From NCBI GenBank assembly GCA_013822735.1, contig PNKZ01000025.1, forward strand, positions 15,407-79,406: DNA of 64,000 nt. The letters are read 5' to 3'. The notes under the pieces are model-generated. The model worked only from the letters and a program-made list of their open reading frames with translations. It was not told where the DNA came from and ran no database searches. Of this stretch, positions 16,290-25,474 are shown one piece after another (position 1 is the first letter of the stretch; every line of letters starts with the position of its first letter). A program made the position numbers and the translations under genes. Source of the stretch: Pirellula sp. Its GTDB lineage: Bacteria > Planctomycetota > Planctomycetia > Pirellulales > PNKZ01.

Positions 16290-18278
16290 TCAGCGTCCGC
16301 CGAAGAACCGGCGTTCGAGTTCCGCGTGGCCGACTTGCACGTAATACCGCACCAGCGCGAGGCGTGCGGCGCGGGGCGTGACGCGCCCTTGTTGCACTTG
16401 CTGGATGAGCGACGCATGGCGACCGGCGGCGGCCGCGCGGCGTGCGCGTTCTTCGGCCGTCGCGGGGACCGGAGCCGAGGGGCCGCGGAGGGCGTCGCGA
16501 GCCGCTTGAAACTGCGAGCCCGCCGCTTGCGCGACTTCGTCGAGCGTCTCGACGACGGCGGCCGCTTTCGCCGCGGCCACGAGATCGGTCTCCGCCGCTA
16601 CTCCCGCCGCGCTCGCCAAGGCCTGGGCGAGGAGGGGATTCCCCTTCGCCGCCTCGGCCGTCTTTAGGCGGAGCGCGTTGAACCAATCTCCTTGCTGTTG
16701 CATCTCGCGCACCACGAGCAGCTTGGCGAACTGATCGTAGACCGCTTCCTCGACGTCGCGGCGCGGATCATACATCGGCTCGCGCCGCCCGACGATTTCT
16801 AATCGCGGCGAAAAGAGGGCGCCGCTGGGGGAGAGAAAGCCTTCGCCGAGCGATAGCCCCATCTTCGCGACGTTTTCCACGGTGCGCCCGGCCGCCTGCC
16901 GTTCGGAAAGCGGAAAGTATTCCTCGCGCCGCACGTCGGTTTGCAGCGCGCAGAGCAATAGGAGTCCGGCGCAGTAGGTGTGCACTTTCACGTCGCCGAG
17001 CGGCTTGTGCGCGAGCTTTTCGACGCGATCGCTGCGGAAGTTCAGGTCGAACTGCGACGGGTTGTCGATCACTTCGCTTGCGGCACGAGCCATCGCGGCG
17101 GCGGCCTTTGCGTCGTTGTCGCGGAGGAAGAAGTAGTGCAGCGTCCGCTCGAGATAGATTTCGACGTTGACGCCCGGCACGCGGTCGCCGCGCTCCGGCA
17201 CGTCGACGATGACGAAGCGACGGATGCCGTCGGATCCGGTCTCGGCCGCGACGATACCGACGTGCGTGAACAGGCCGGGCGAGAGATCGGTAAACAAATT
17301 GTACGGCGACGGATTGCGCATCAGCAGCCAATCGCCGGGGCGCACTTCGTACGAGCCGACGCGGTATGAATCTTCGACGACGCCGCGTTTTCGCCGCTCG
17401 TCGCTCCACTCCAAGAGCGCTTGGCGGCGCGAACGCCCTTCGTCGTCGAGCGAATCCGGGTCGAGGCTCGTGACGAGTTGGTAGAACGCCTCCGGCGTGA
17501 CGGCCGGCTCGGGCAACGTTTCCGCGGGGTTCGGCCTGGGCGGCTGCGGCAGCCCCATCACGCGAATGATCTCGGCGGCAAAGAGCCGCATCGGAGAGCT
17601 TTGCCGCTCGTCGTCAAGGTATCGCACCACTTGCGGCAAGAGCGACGTCTGGCCCGCGGCGGCGATCAAGCGGAGGATCGTCTCGTGATAAGCGGTCTGG
17701 CCGGGAAACGCGAAGAGGTCGTCGGCGGTTTGCGTCGCGCCGACGGTGCTTTTGGCCTGCAGAAAGAGCTGCGCCAGTTGTTGGCGCGAGCCGGCATCGG
17801 CCATTCTCGCTCGAGCCCCGCGCATGACGTCGTTCTGCAAGTAGCGCAACCGACCGGAAAGATCGATCAGCACCGTGGCCGCGCGCAAGAAGCCCCGGGC
17901 CGCTTCGCGCCGGGCCGGATCTTCAGGCGGTTCGGCGGCGATCGTCACGACGCCGGTGCGCAGCGCAAGAACCTGATCGAGCAGTGCATCGACGCGCGCC
18001 TTGACATTGAGCGCCGTCTGAACGACGACCAGCGGCGAAGGTCCGCGGCGGTCGGCGGCGAACTGCGTGTTTTGGAAGGCCCATTCGTCGACGGCGGCCG
18101 CGGCGGCTTGCAGCCTCGCGGCGTCGACTGTGCCGAGTTGTGCGACGGTCTGCGGCGTTTGCGCGGCGAGCGTATCGAGCGGCGCGGCAAGCGCATCGGA
18201 CCCAACCAAGAGTACAACGAGCGCTAGGCATGCGCCCACGCACCCGGCAGCGACTCGGCGTGCGACAAGCGACGTCAT
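16290..18278 (-). CDS. Secreted protein: N-terminal helical region + C-terminal permuted papain-fold (YiiX/YaeF-like) domain, tentative
   Basis: The ORF track gives 16290..18467. I prefer the ATG at 18278 (MTSLVARRVAAGCVGACLALVVLLVGSDALAAP, a signal peptide) because the upstream part overlaps the ORF 18295..18504. The His-before-Cys order (GDWLLMRN...GLFTHVGIV ... FDLNFRSD...VHTYCAGLL) resembles C92 permuted NlpC/P60 enzymes. Confidence 0.55.
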   Translation of the reverse strand: MTSLVARRVAAGCVGACLALVVLLVGSDALAAPLDTLAAQTPQTVAQLGTVDAARLQAAAAAVDEWAFQNTQFAADRRGPSPLVVVQTALNVKARVDALLDQVLALRTGVVTIAAEPPEDPARREAARGFLRAATVLIDLSGRLRYLQNDVMRGARARMADAGSRQQLAQLFLQAKSTVGATQTADDLFAFPGQTAYHETILRLIAAAGQTSLLPQVVRYLDDERQSSPMRLFAAEIIRVMGLPQPPRPNPAETLPEPAVTPEAFYQLVTSLDPDSLDDEGRSRRQALLEWSDERRKRGVVEDSYRVGSYEVRPGDWLLMRNPSPYNLFTDLSPGLFTHVGIVAAETGSDGIRRFVIVDVPERGDRVPGVNVEIYLERTLHYFFLRDNDAKAAAAMARAASEVIDNPSQFDLNFRSDRVEKLAHKPLGDVKVHTYCAGLLLLCALQTDVRREEYFPLSERQAAGRTVENVAKMGLSLGEGFLSPSGALFSPRLEIVGRREPMYDPRRDVEEAVYDQFAKLLVVREMQQQGDWFNALRLKTAEAAKGNPLLAQALASAAGVAAETDLVAAAKAAAVVETLDEVAQAAGSQFQAARDALRGPSAPVPATAEERARRAAAAGRHASLIQQVQQGRVTPRAARLALVRYYVQVGHAELERRFFGGR

Positions 18279-18294
18279 GCGGGAGCGTGCGCCT

Positions 18295-18504
18295 CTACAA
18301 CATGAGCCCGACGAGCCAGAGCAAGACGAGAATCGTCGACATGAATCCGAAGATCCAGACGATCGAACGAAACGAGCCGATGAGAATGTCGTCGGCATGT
18401 TCGTAGCGCGTGCCGGCATAGACGATGCTGATCGCCACGATGAGCGGCAGCGCGTACCACAGCTCATTCAAACGAGCGGCGAAGAGCGGTACGAGAAAAT
18501 CCAT
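18295..18504 (-). CDS. Small two-TM membrane protein
   Basis: 69 aa with ATG at 18504. ALPLIVAISIVYAG and IVWIFGFMSTILVLLWLVGL are hydrophobic helices. It ends 16 nt before the next gene start. Confidence 0.45.
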   Translation of the reverse strand: MDFLVPLFAARLNELWYALPLIVAISIVYAGTRYEHADDILIGSFRSIVWIFGFMSTILVLLWLVGLML

Positions 18505-18577
18505 GGCGAACGATCAATGTAAAGACGCGGCCAAACTGAGAAACTGGGAGCGGCGAACGGAAAGCGGCGTGCAGCGG

Positions 18578-19195
18578 TTAACCGGGGGGTGCGGGAGGTT
18601 CCGGTTCGCGCCGCGGCGGGCGCGCCGAGGCGTTGCCGTAGGCCGGGCCGCCGATGGCGTCGAATATCACGAGCAGGTTCAGCAGGCCGGCGACCATCGT
18701 GTAGACGGTGCCGAGTTCGAACCGGCGATTCAGTTTGTAATTGAGGTAGTCGAGCTCGTTCATCGCACGGTGGTTTACGTCCACCTTCAACACGGGCGGC
18801 GCCATGAACCATTCGCTGAGGGTGCGCGTGCCGTCGTTCTCTTTGGTCTGCATGGTCCGGCGATAGCCTTCCATGCTGTAACGTTGCGCCTGCCACAAGG
18901 CCGGCAATGCGATAGCGCCGGTGCCGATTTGGCAAAGGTACGGCAGACGCTTCTCTTCACCCGTCTTCCCCCAAGCGGCATACACCACGCGCCCGCCGCC
19001 GAGCCAGAGCCCGTAAGAGAACGTTCCCATGATGCAGAAGAAAAAGATGAGGGCCTTCGTGCGGCGGCCTTGGTACCAATGGCCGGCGCCGGGGAGCAGC
19101 CAAGCCAAGATGCCTGCAAACGCCGGATCGCGCAGCACGATCGGCGGCGCGGAATCGGCGACAGTGGCAGGCGCTACATCGACGGAAGGGGGCAC
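18578..19195 (-). CDS. Membrane protein with LPGAGHWYQGR motif (DUF6677-like), hypothetical
   Basis: 205 aa; the ORF-track start at 19195 is a GTG. TM segments are FAGILAWLLPGAGHWY, ALIFFFCIMGTFSYGLWL and TVYTMVAGLLNLLVIF. Pro-rich tail. Confidence 0.55.
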   Translation of the reverse strand: MPPSVDVAPATVADSAPPIVLRDPAFAGILAWLLPGAGHWYQGRRTKALIFFFCIMGTFSYGLWLGGGRVVYAAWGKTGEEKRLPYLCQIGTGAIALPALWQAQRYSMEGYRRTMQTKENDGTRTLSEWFMAPPVLKVDVNHRAMNELDYLNYKLNRRFELGTVYTMVAGLLNLLVIFDAIGGPAYGNASARPPRREPEPPAPPG

Positions 19196-19316
19196 ACGAG
19201 CCTCGGAGCAAACGAGTCACAAAAGTTCTAGCAACTTAGCGCTAGATTGTACTCGCCTACCGAAGTGACGCCAGGGCAGCCTCGGCCGCCCGCAGTTTCC
19301 TAAATATTCCCTCGTG

Positions 19317-20102
19317 CTATCGGCTCGGGAAGGCAAGTTCTTCGCAGACGCTCTCGACCATTTCCGCGTCGATAAGATCGCCGGCCGAGGCCGAGGCGGC
19401 CAAACGCGACAGTTCCGCGAGGCGAAGGATCGAACGCGGCAACCCTCCGGATAGCGCGTGCAAGCGTTCGACGGCGACCGCCGAAAACCGCACGGCGCGG
19501 CCGTCGCCGGCGCTCGCTTCGATGAGGGCCTTCGCTTCCGCGACGTTCCAAACCGGCAACTCGATTTTGAGTTCCACCAGGTCCAAGAGATGCCGACCCA
19601 AACGGCCTACGGCGTCGGAGGTGCCGCTAAGAATGATCGAAAGCCGCGCATCGCCGGCCGCGTCGCACTTCGCCAAGCGATAAAGTTGCAGGAGCGTATC
19701 GCTCGAGGCCATCCCGACGTCGTCGATCAGTACGACCGCCTGCTCGCGCAAGAAGCGCAATTCGGTCAGGCGATCGTTCAGCGCGCGCCACAGTTGCGTC
19801 ACGTTCCAGTGCCCTTCGACGGGCGTTTGCAGCTTCACGGCGATCGACCAGAGGAGTTCTTCCGGTTCGAGTCCGGCGACGTTCACCAGCGCCGTCAGGC
19901 AGGAAGCGCGGCGCAGGTCTTGGTGCACGGTTTCCAGCAGGGTCGATTTGCCGCTGCCCGATTCGCCTAGCAACAGCCCGAGCCGCGCTCCGTGTTCGAC
20001 GAGAAACTGCAATCGCGCGAAGGCTTCTTCGTGCGAAGGAGTGCGAACCAACGGACGGGCATTCGGCTTCTTACCCTGGCGAGAAATCGTACCGGAGCTC
20101 AT
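19317..20102 (-). CDS. ExeA-like AAA+ ATPase (AAA_22 / GspA-type)
   Basis: 261 aa with ATG at 20102. Walker A GESGSGKSTLL, Walker B VVLIDDVG. The overall layout matches ExeA-family ATPases but lacks a peptidoglycan-binding extension. Confidence 0.7.
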   Translation of the reverse strand: MSSGTISRQGKKPNARPLVRTPSHEEAFARLQFLVEHGARLGLLLGESGSGKSTLLETVHQDLRRASCLTALVNVAGLEPEELLWSIAVKLQTPVEGHWNVTQLWRALNDRLTELRFLREQAVVLIDDVGMASSDTLLQLYRLAKCDAAGDARLSIILSGTSDAVGRLGRHLLDLVELKIELPVWNVAEAKALIEASAGDGRAVRFSAVAVERLHALSGGLPRSILRLAELSRLAASASAGDLIDAEMVESVCEELAFPSR

Positions 20103-20210
20103 AGCAAACAGGCCTCGTAAGGAGCAACGAAGGAGCGGCGTAACGCGGGACCGTTCCGTAACGTCTTCCTAATCGGTAAACTTTGTCGGTCGCCATGACA
20201 AATAGTTGGA

Positions 20211-20320
20211 GTAGCTAGTTGCTAGTAGCCGGTAGCTAGTACGGAAACGGCCTTGTCACGCGGATAAGTTTCGCGCTCTTCTCCTTCTTCACTAGCTACT
20301 AGCAACCAGCTACTAGCTAC
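20211..20320. repeat. CTAG-word inverted repeat in a divergent promoter region
   Basis: GTAGCTAGTTGCTAGTAGCCGGTAGCTAGTA (20211-20241) and ACTAGCTACTAGCAACCAGCTACTAGCTAC (20291-20320) are imperfect reverse complements separated by 49 nt. They lie between the exeA-like start (20102) and the rsmE start (20329). Confidence 0.8.
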
Positions 20321-20328
20321 TTTCCCCA

Positions 20329-21045
20329 ATGACTTCCCGTTACTTCGTCGAAACTCCGATCACCGGGTCGCTCGCCTTGCTGAGCGATGCCGAGGCGCAC
20401 CACCTGGCGCATGTGATGCGCCTCAAGGCGGGAGCCGAAGTGGTGCTCTTCGACGGCAGCGGCGCGGAGTTCTTGGCGCGCGTCGCCCATGTCGGAAAAC
20501 GGGAGACCTCGCTCGAAGTCGTTGAGCGTCGCACGGTCGATCGTGAAATGCGACGGAGCATTACGCTCTGCACGGCGCTGCCGCGCGGCGATCGTCAGAA
20601 GTGGCTCGTCGAGAAAGCCGTGGAAATGGGAGCGGCCCGACTTGTGCCGCTGCACACGGAGCGGGCCGTGGTGGAGCCCGACGCCGGCACCTGTGCGAAG
20701 CTGCGGCGTGCCGTGATCGAAGCCTCGAAGCAATGCGGACGGAACGTGCTCTTGGAAATTACGGAGCCGTGCGATGTCGCGGCGCTCGTCGCCCGCGAGC
20801 GGCCGGGAACGCTGCATTGTTTGGCTCAGCCCGGCGCGGCGCTCGCGCTCAACGAGCTGGCCCGCGAAGCGGCAACGCAGCCTGACGTGCCGGCGGTGTT
20901 CTTGATCGGGCCTGAGGGGGGATTCTCCCCCGCCGAAGAGTCGGCGGCGCTCGCGGCCGGCTGGCGCGGGCTGGCTCTGGGCAACCGCATTCTCCGGATC
21001 GAAACCGCGGCCGTGCTCTGTTGCGCTTGGGGCGAGTTGTCGTGA
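20329..21045 (+). CDS. rsmE: 16S rRNA (uracil1498-N3)-methyltransferase
   Basis: 238 aa. RYF at the N-terminus, AHHLAHVMRLKAGAEVVLFDGSG, and C-terminal FLIGPEGGFSPAEE...LGNRILRIETAAV, typical of RsmE. Confidence 0.9.
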   Translation: MTSRYFVETPITGSLALLSDAEAHHLAHVMRLKAGAEVVLFDGSGAEFLARVAHVGKRETSLEVVERRTVDREMRRSITLCTALPRGDRQKWLVEKAVEMGAARLVPLHTERAVVEPDAGTCAKLRRAVIEASKQCGRNVLLEITEPCDVAALVARERPGTLHCLAQPGAALALNELAREAATQPDVPAVFLIGPEGGFSPAEESAALAAGWRGLALGNRILRIETAAVLCCAWGELS

Positions 21046-21237
21046 CTGTCGCGGCGTCGTACAGCCGGAACGCCACGGAGGGCGTTCCCTACCGAATGAA
21101 TTCGCTGCCACTGCCGGCATCGGTCTGGTCTTGGTCCCCCTCCGCCGGCTGAGGTATCATTCCGGCCGCGCGAAACTTCGTCGCCGGGCATGAGAGTGGA
21201 ACTCATGCCTGCCTTCTCTCCGTCGCATGGATGCGCC

Positions 21238-23478
21238 ATGACTCCGTCGCTTCGCCTCGCTCTCGTCGTACACAACCATCAGCCGATCGGCAATTTCGAC
21301 GGCGTCGTCGAGGAAGCGTATCGCGATAGTTACCTGCCGCTCTTGGAAGCGCTCGCGCGACGGAAGTCGCTGCGATTGACGCTCCATATCTCCGGCTCTC
21401 TCTACGATTGGCTCGAAGAGCGGCATCCCGAGTACCTGGATCAAGTGTCGGCACTGCATCGCCGCGGCCGCGTGCAGATTCTCGGCGGCGCATACTACGA
21501 GCCGATTCTGCCGATGCTGCCACGACGTGATCGCCTCGCACAGATTCGTCTCTTCAGCGAAAAGCTGGCTCAGCGCTTCGGCGCACCGCCGCGCGGCATG
21601 TGGCTCGCCGAACGGGTCTGGGAACAACAACTCGCCGGCGATCTCGCCACGGCGGGCATCCAACATACGGTCGTCGACGACTTCCACTTCCGCAATGTCG
21701 GACTCAGGCCGGAGCAGCTGCGCGGCTACTATCTCACGGAAGACGAAGGCAAACTCCTCGCGCTGTTTCCGGGCAACGAACGGTTGCGATATCTGATTCC
21801 GTTCGCCCCTCCGGAAGAAGCGATTGCCTATTTGCGCTCGGTTGCCGAAGCGCAGCCCGGCGCGACGCTTGTCTTCGCCGACGACGGCGAGAAGTTCGGC
21901 TCTTGGCCCGGCATGCGCGAGCACTGCCATACGCAAGGTTGGCTCGATCGCTTCTTCGCGTTGTTGGAAAATGAGCCGTGGATTGAAACGACGACCCTCG
22001 AAGATACTTGCGCCCAAGTAGAACCGCTGGGAAAGATCTACCTGCCCGACGGCAGCTATCGCGAGATGTCCGGCTGGTCGAGCCTCGCAGGCCAAGCGGC
22101 GACTGCGGTTGCTGCGGGGGGACGTGCCGTGGAACAAGATGCCCACGATTACGCGGCGCGCAGCGAACCGGGTGTGTGGCGTAATTTCTTAGTGAAGTAT
22201 CCCGAATCCGGCGAGATGCACGCGCGGATGCTCATGGTGAGCGACCGCGTCCAGCGGGCCGCCGAGGCAGGCTATCCTGATGAGATCGTCGCCGCGGCGC
22301 GGCGCGAGCTTTATCAGGCCCAATGCAATTGCGCCTACTGGCACGGAACGTTCGGCGGCATTTACTACAGCCACCTGCGGCAAGCGATCTACCGTCACTT
22401 GATCCGCGCCGACGACATTCTCGACCAGACGGCCGACCGGCCCGACGCTTGGGCCGAGGTGAGCGTGCGCGATCACAACCTCGACGCGAAGCCGGAAGTT
22501 TGCTTGGCCGGCGATCAACTCGTCGGCTTCTTCGCGCCGCATGCCGGCGGCTCGCTCTACGAACTCGACCTGCGGCACGCGGCGCGCAACGTATTGGCGG
22601 TGCTGGCCCGACGGACCGAAGGTTTCCATGCCCACGACGCGCATACGGCCGACGATGCAGTTCGGGCCGTGTTGCACGGCTGCACGGCTGATGCAGGCCG
22701 ACGCCGTTCGTTCGTCGAACACTTCTATGACGCCCCGCCGTCGCTCGACGATATTGCCACCGGCCGTGCCGCCGATCTGGGCGACTTCGCCGAAGGCCGC
22801 TTCCAGTTTCAGGTGCAGTCGACGCCGACCGCCGCGCGGCTTCGCTTAGTGCGCGAAGGAAACGTGGCCGGCACGCCGATCAAGCTGACCAAGACATTCA
22901 CGCTCGCCGCCGGTTCGCCGGAGATCGTCTGCGAGTACCTGTTGGAAAACGTGCCGACGCACCGCACTTGGCAGTTCGCCGTGGAGTTCAACTTCGCAGG
23001 CTTCGGCGGAGCGGGTCGCGGCTATTTGCAACAGCCCGAAGGTCGCCGGCTCGGTAGCCTGGCGGCGCCGCTGGAGTTTCCGAATTTCCAGGCGTGCGAA
23101 TTGGTCGACGAAGGGCTCGGCGTTCGCATTGGGCTGAATGCCTCGCGCGCCGCCGCGCTTTGGACGTATCCCGTTGCGGCCGTGCATCGTTCGCAAACCG
23201 GACTTGAAGCGACGCGCCAAGCCGTCTGCGCCGTGCCGCATTGGCTCGTGCGGGCCGATGCGCAAGGTCGTTGGGGACTGACCGTCTCGCTCCCGGTGCG
23301 GGCCTTGCCCGAAGTGCGCCTGCGCGACGACGCCGGCCTGCCGCTACGGTTGGACCTCGGCGACCGAGTGCCGAAGTTGGAGTTTCCGGCAGCGCGCGTC
23401 GTTACGGAAACGGAAGTCGTGCGGGGCGAACCGGAAGTGCGCCGCAAGACGACCCGCCGGTTGAAGAAGGCGGGCTGA
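21238..23478 (+). CDS. Glycoside hydrolase family 57 alpha-glucan enzyme (amylase/4-alpha-glucanotransferase-like) with C-terminal DUF1925/1926-like region
   Basis: LALVVHNHQPIGNF, HISGSLYDWL, GGAYYEPILP, WLAERVWEQ and DDGEKFG are GH57 signature blocks. ATG at 21238 preferred; an upstream in-frame ATG exists at 21190. Confidence 0.85.
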   Translation: MTPSLRLALVVHNHQPIGNFDGVVEEAYRDSYLPLLEALARRKSLRLTLHISGSLYDWLEERHPEYLDQVSALHRRGRVQILGGAYYEPILPMLPRRDRLAQIRLFSEKLAQRFGAPPRGMWLAERVWEQQLAGDLATAGIQHTVVDDFHFRNVGLRPEQLRGYYLTEDEGKLLALFPGNERLRYLIPFAPPEEAIAYLRSVAEAQPGATLVFADDGEKFGSWPGMREHCHTQGWLDRFFALLENEPWIETTTLEDTCAQVEPLGKIYLPDGSYREMSGWSSLAGQAATAVAAGGRAVEQDAHDYAARSEPGVWRNFLVKYPESGEMHARMLMVSDRVQRAAEAGYPDEIVAAARRELYQAQCNCAYWHGTFGGIYYSHLRQAIYRHLIRADDILDQTADRPDAWAEVSVRDHNLDAKPEVCLAGDQLVGFFAPHAGGSLYELDLRHAARNVLAVLARRTEGFHAHDAHTADDAVRAVLHGCTADAGRRRSFVEHFYDAPPSLDDIATGRAADLGDFAEGRFQFQVQSTPTAARLRLVREGNVAGTPIKLTKTFTLAAGSPEIVCEYLLENVPTHRTWQFAVEFNFAGFGGAGRGYLQQPEGRRLGSLAAPLEFPNFQACELVDEGLGVRIGLNASRAAALWTYPVAAVHRSQTGLEATRQAVCAVPHWLVRADAQGRWGLTVSLPVRALPEVRLRDDAGLPLRLDLGDRVPKLEFPAARVVTETEVVRGEPEVRRKTTRRLKKAG

Positions 23479-23506
23479 AGGGAATAGCTCCGGCGAGTGC
23501 GATGCT

Positions 23507-23528
23507 CCCAGGGACGGCTGTCCCTGGG
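23507..23528 (+). terminator. Hairpin CCCAGGGAC-ggct-GTCCCTGGG after the GH57 gene
   Basis: Perfect 9-bp stem 29 nt after the stop, followed by CTTT. Lies between convergent genes. Confidence 0.5.
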
Positions 23529-23558
23529 CTTTACAAGCTCGCAACTATTTTGTCTGCA

Positions 23559-23590
23559 CTAGCGCCTAGCGCCCGCCGCCTAGCGCCTAG
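23559..23590. repeat. CTAGCGCC-word element overlapping the nupC-like stop
   Basis: CTAGCGCCTAGCGCCCGCCGCCTAGCGCCTAG. It shares TAGCGCC-YGCCGCC-TAGCGCC with 9118..9146. Confidence 0.75.
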
Positions 23591-25008
23591 TTCAAAAGCA
23601 TTCCCGCCAGCGATGCGTTAATCAGCGTCGCCAAGAAGCCGCAGAGCAGTGCGCGGCCGCCGAGTGCGGCGAGGTCGCCGCGTCGCGTCGGCGCCATCGA
23701 ACCGATGCCGCCGAGCTGAATGCCGATCGAGGAAAGATTCGCAAAGCCGGTGAGGGCGTAGGTCGCCAGAATGTGACCTTCCGGCGAGATCAATCCTTTG
23801 TAACCCTCAGGCCCCGCGGTCGTAAGCTTCGTATATGCCAACGCTTCGTTGGTGACGAGCTTGATGCCGAGTAAATCGGCGAGCATCGGAGCGTCGCGGA
23901 GCTCGCAGCCCATTAATAGGGCGATCGGGTAGAAAACACGGGAGAAAATTGACGTCAACGACAAGTCTTTGTGAATGAGCCCTAGTGCGTAGTCGGCCAT
24001 GGCGATGAACGCCAGGAACGCAATGATCATCGCCGCCACGTTCAACGCCAGATAAAGGCCGTCGCTCGCGCCACCGGCGATCGCATCGATCGCGTTGGAG
24101 TGGAGCTTCTCCGACACGATCTTGGCTCGACCGTGAGTCTCGGGCGTTTCGAACTCGGGGAGAATGATCTTTGAAAGATATAAACCGCACGGCGCAGCCA
24201 TGACGCTCGTGGCGAGTATCGCCGTCGGGTCGGCGCCCATGCCGATATAGACGGCCATCATTCCGCCGGAGATCGTGGCCATGCCGCCGACCATCATCGC
24301 CAAGAGTTCGGAGCGCGTCATCCGCGGCACGTACGGCTTGACGATCAGCGGCGCTTCGGTTTGACCCATGAACACATTGGCGACCGCGGCGAGCGTTTCG
24401 GCGCCGCTGGTCCCCATCATGTACATCATCGCGATGGCCATCACGCGTACGATGAATTGCAGGATGCCGAAGTAGTAGAGCAGCGTGAAGAACGCCGAGA
24501 CGAAGATGATGGTCGGGAGCACTCGGAAAGCGAAGATCACGCCTTGGCCCGGAAACGCCCCGCCGACTGCTTCCGGATTGGCCAGGGGACCGAAGATGAA
24601 CTCCGAGCCGACGTTGGTGAACTCCAAGAACTTCTTGGCTGCGTTGCCGAGCGTCGCAAAGAGGCTCGAACCGGCGTCGGTGCCGACGATGAATAAGGCC
24701 AAGCCGAGTTGTAATCCGATGCCCCAAGCGATGGTGCGCCAACGAATAGCGCGGATGTTCGCGGAGCAGGCGACAACCAGGGCGATGAAGCAGACGATCC
24801 CCGCCGTCGCGCGCACGTGCCGCCCCAGCGACTCGTGCGCGATGCTGACGATTCCGCCGATGACGAGCACGCCGGCCAAGATCGCCAAGCGCCAGGAGAG
24901 CGGCGTGGGCGGAACCAGCGGGGCTGCCGAGACGCGCTCGACGGGGGAAGGCAAGCTTGCGGCGGAGGGTGCGGATTCCAAGTGCGTGGAAACTCCGAGG
25001 GGAAACAC
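23587..25008 (-). CDS. NupC/CNT-family concentrative nucleoside transporter
   Basis: 473 aa, polytopic. CNT-like blocks GSEFIFGPL, FAFRVLPTIIFVSAF, GQTEAPLIVKPY, MATISGGMMAVY and FANLSSIGIQLGGIG. The ORF-track start at 25008 is a GTG, so the start is uncertain. Confidence 0.8.
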   Translation of the reverse strand: MFPLGVSTHLESAPSAASLPSPVERVSAAPLVPPTPLSWRLAILAGVLVIGGIVSIAHESLGRHVRATAGIVCFIALVVACSANIRAIRWRTIAWGIGLQLGLALFIVGTDAGSSLFATLGNAAKKFLEFTNVGSEFIFGPLANPEAVGGAFPGQGVIFAFRVLPTIIFVSAFFTLLYYFGILQFIVRVMAIAMMYMMGTSGAETLAAVANVFMGQTEAPLIVKPYVPRMTRSELLAMMVGGMATISGGMMAVYIGMGADPTAILATSVMAAPCGLYLSKIILPEFETPETHGRAKIVSEKLHSNAIDAIAGGASDGLYLALNVAAMIIAFLAFIAMADYALGLIHKDLSLTSIFSRVFYPIALLMGCELRDAPMLADLLGIKLVTNEALAYTKLTTAGPEGYKGLISPEGHILATYALTGFANLSSIGIQLGGIGSMAPTRRGDLAALGGRALLCGFLATLINASLAGMLLN

Positions 25009-25474
25009 ATTACGACGAAACGTCGCGGCAACGGAAAAACAAGCGGAATGGCCGGGCTATTGTGAGCGGTCGTTGAGTGGGCCGCAAGTTTTTGCGCCGA
25101 CGACGCAAAATCGGGGCTCTATCGCCTGCGTTTTGAGAATGTTGCAGGTCGTCGATCCGCCAATTCGACGTGATTGTCGGCCCGTGTGGCGACAGCTTGC
25201 CACAGTGCAGCGTGTGCAGAGATCGCGACTCTGTTTCGTCCGCAACTTTTTTGCGTGAGTTTGCCTTGCTCAGCAATGCCTGCGGTGAGAGCGAAAATCG
25301 CGATCTTTTCCGCTCCAGGCGCGTTCTTCGACGCGTGCCGAGCGCGCTGCATCGCGCACGTCGTCAAAGAATCCGTCCGGCCGCGGAATGACGACTGCAT
25401 TGCGTGCTGCGCTCGCTTCACCTTTCGCGCTCTCTCCAGGGCGTGCACCTTTCTTCCTTCGTCGAGGCGCATGG

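Noticed and set aside
16290-18467. Longest-ORF 5' extensions in the ORF track. Affected entries: 10823, 13083, 16290..18467, 28625..29971, 32600, 36011, 41872, 45125, 48129..49745, 49160..51847, 25388, 63361 and 9012.
   Set aside because: The extensions overlap upstream genes or repeats, encode Arg/Ser/Pro-rich junk, and precede an in-frame start that yields a clean signal peptide or family-typical N-terminus. Starts were re-called and each start codon was verified in the sequence.
21187-21209. Hairpin GGCATGAG-N7-CTCATGCC covering the upstream candidate ATG (21190) of the GH57 gene, considered as a translational control element.
   Set aside because: The stem is short at 8 bp, and the preferred start is 21238, where the conserved GH57 N-terminus begins. 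The evidence is insufficient for a regulatory call.
25009-25474. Small ORFs (25170..25391, 25010..25276) or a riboswitch/sRNA in the long lower-GC divergent region between the nucleoside transporter and the pseudopilin gene.
   Set aside because: The ORFs have poor coding character and I recognised no conserved RNA motif. The region is noted only as an unusually long regulatory region within the pseudopilin finding.
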